A stretch of DNA of 64,000 nucleotides from Hypanus sabinus (lineage: Eukaryota): positions 29,512,001 through 29,576,000 of the forward strand of contig NC_082731.1 in assembly GCF_030144855.1 (NCBI RefSeq), written 5' to 3'. The notes below the pieces were generated by a model that was given only the letters and a program-made list of their open reading frames with translations, searched no databases and had not been told where the DNA came from. Both the position numbers and the translations under genes were made by a program. Every line of letters begins with the position of its first letter. Position 1 is the stretch's first letter. Below are positions 61,625 to 64,000 of the stretch, piece after piece.

Positions 61625-62168
61625 GTTAGTATGAGACATAATTTTCTCTTAAAAGCTGCATTGATCTCAGAGTGTAAATCTGGAACACGAACCCTTGTCA
61701 GATAATGTTCGGAACGGCAATTAACTCCTTTATTCTAATCTTACAATGGCAGTATGACTCCTCACCAAAATGACAGTGAGAAAACGTATGGAATTGATAC
61801 AGGGGGAAACGTCCTCCTGAACTCAGTGAAACTCCGTATCAGTGGAGGGTGGAGGAAACAACTTGTGCTGATCAGTCTCCATTGTATCCACTCCTTTCAG
61901 GAACCTCTCCACCATCCCATCCCACAAAATCTGCCCTACAGATCAGCTGCTGTACACATAAAGAGACCACTGGCCCATCGTACCCCTGCACATAGAACAA
62001 CAATTTAAACTTTACCCCACTTCTCCTGTACTTTCCCCTCAGATCAGCTGTAAATAAACACCATTCTTGAGAGGGCTGGAATTGGGGAACTTGCCCGGGA
62101 TGAGGGGGAATGAAGTCCAAAACATAGGCAAAGCAATCATGTACTGACAGATATTAAATGTGTTACAG

Positions 62169-62468
62169 CTCCGAAGCTCAGCTCCCTTGTTCCATCCCGG
62201 GAGATGATCCACAGTCAAGCAAATGCTGTCCTGGGCTGTGTGATATCTGGATTCTCTCCTGACAACGTTCAGGTATCCTGGAAAAAAGCTGGATCTGCCC
62301 AAGAAGGCATCGTTCTCCCTTCCACTCGGAGATCTGATGGTGGATTTGAAACAATCTCTTACCTGACAGTGCCTGTGCAGGAATGGACCAAGGAACAGAA
62401 ATATACTTGTGAAGTGAATCACACACCTTCCGGTTTCAGTGGTCAGGTCAACATGACGTATCAAGGGG
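62169..62468 (+). CDS. IgW: IgW CH2 exon
   Basis: (S)PKLSSLVPSREMIHSQANAVLGCVISGFSPDNVQVSWKKAG...YTCEVNHTPSGFSGQVNMTYQG. 300 bp, phase 1-1, donor gtgagt. Confidence 0.95.
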
Positions 62469-63137
62469 GTGAGTGATGTCTGAAGAAAAATTAATTAACT
62501 TAAAGCATTGAACTACCTAACTGATACTCCCACACAATTCCTGTCCCTACTGTCAATCTGGTTGAGTGATGTACAGATGATCTTTGCACTTTGAATCAAC
62601 TCAAATCACCAGCAGCTTTAACCCCATCTACTGGGCGGGAAAGGTATAAGATGAGGTCACCTGTCCATTCTGTCCCAATAATTTTAGTTGTCTCTGTTTG
62701 CAGTTATAATGAAAATGTTAGTGAGCAAAGCTCACGTCCCATGCTTTACCATCTGAAGAAAATCTCCCTTTCCCCTTCTCAGTGTTAGTTCCTCAAAAAA
62801 TATCTCTGCAATTTTGTATTTGCTTCAGTCCCCAGAGTCTGTTTCCAGTGTTTCCTGAGAGACTCTTCTGTCGATTGTCAACTCACTGAAATGTAGGTGC
62901 CTGGATTATTTTTGAATTGATGCCCAGTCCTCGAGTGAATGTTGTGTCCTTGTCTCCTCAGCTCCTTGACCAGGGTCAGAGAGCACATGCATTTATCATG
63001 GCTGACATAACCTCATCCCGATAGGATGCAATATACAGAGGATAGAAAGTGGGAATATGTGGGGCTCCCTTTTTTCCAAGCATGGGAAAAGAGCTGAAAA
63101 TATCTAACATTTAAATCTATGAATCTTCCATTTCCAG

Positions 63138-63268
63138 GTGGAAACTGTCTCAAATGTCCTTTGAAGCCTGAGCCAAAGTTCTTTTACCAGAGTAATCTCA
63201 ATGCAACATTCTCCGATGGTTCTACCCTGCAGTATCATTGTTCTGAAGGAAAGTGTGAAATAAAGTGA
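63138..63268 (+). CDS. IgW: IgW short-form secretory tail exon (absent from the supplied ORF track)
   Basis: Acceptor cttccatttccag. (G)GNCLKCPLKPEPKFFYQSNLNATFSDGSTLQYHCSEGKCEIK*, closely resembling the skate IgX short tail as recalled. Confidence 0.9.
63259..63264 (+). terminator. Poly(A) signal overlapping the last codons of the secretory tail
   Basis: AATAAA within GAA ATA AAG TGA. Confidence 0.6.
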
Positions 63269-63419
63269 TTGGCTGTGTAATCAATTCGTCATTGAATTTC
63301 ATAACAATCCATTTACTGGAATCCCGACCTGCCCCTGGTATCCATTGGGATGGAAATTTAACAAAGAGAGAAGAAAACACATGATTCAAACTGACTACCT
63401 CTCCAATCACAATTCTATT

Positions 63420-64000
63420 CGACTTTCTATTATCCTTGTGGCCACCTTTTTCAATTTGACTTCCCATTCCCATTCTGACATGTCTGTCCATGGTCTCCTC
63501 TACTGCCCTGGTGAGGCCAAAGTCAGGTTGGAATAGCAAAACCTCATATTCCATCCAGATATCTGCCAGTCTGATAGCTTGAGTTCTAATTTCTGCAACC
63601 TCCAGTAATCTCCCCCCGGTCCGTTAATCCCCTTTTTTTCTAATCCCCATATTAGATACCACCTCATTCTATCACTTCTCCTCATCTGCCCATCATCTAC
63701 TTTTGGTTCCCTTCCTCTTGAACATTTCCTCTGTGGTCCACTGTCCTGTCAGATTGCTTCTGCTTCAGCCATTTATCTCTTCCATTTATCGTCTACCAGC
63801 TTTCTTCTTCATACCCCCTCCCCATCCACACCATTTCCCCCTCACCTGGTCTCACCTCTCATCTGACAGAATGTATTCCTCTCCACTCCACCCACCTCTT
63901 ATTCTAGCTTCTGCCCCCTTCCTTTCCAGTACCGGCCCAAAAGATCGACTGTTTATTTCCCTCCATAGACGCTGCCTGACTTCCCATGTTCCTCCAGCAT
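63420..64000 (+). mobile_element. Penelope-like element 3' part (GIY-YIG C-terminus plus terminus)
   Basis: VATFFNLTSHSHSDMSVHGLLYCPGEAKVRLE, then the pyrimidine-rich tail and gactgtttatttccctccatagacgctgcc. Confidence 0.8.

Overview
Eukaryotic genomic DNA from a cartilaginous fish, probably a ray or skate (inferred from the Ig class and the repeat families). Positions 1-52,500 are almost entirely nested, decayed mobile elements: CR1, Rex1/Babar-like, RTE and L1 LINEs, Penelope-like elements, a V-SINE, a class I endogenous retrovirus remnant with env, an RT-deleted Ty3/gypsy element, three solo LTRs and a Harbinger derivative. Positions 53,367-63,268 hold an unrearranged, apparently intact IgW (IgX) heavy-chain cluster on the + strand: leader, V, D1, D2, J, CH1, CH2 and the short secretory-tail exon. 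All its RSSs follow the 12/23 rule and every exon is open. The most interesting observations are: (1) the gypsy element has no tRNA primer site, but a 16-nt leader complementary to its own LTR, suggesting self-priming; (2) a 13-copy G-quadruplex-motif array in the IgW J-C intron; (3) a decayed extra D segment and a 12-mer shared by D1, D2 and J; (4) a CpG island confined to V-D-J; (5) hammerhead-ribozyme relics in Penelope termini. All family assignments come from motifs recognised by eye; no database search was run. Boundaries of old repeats are approximate.
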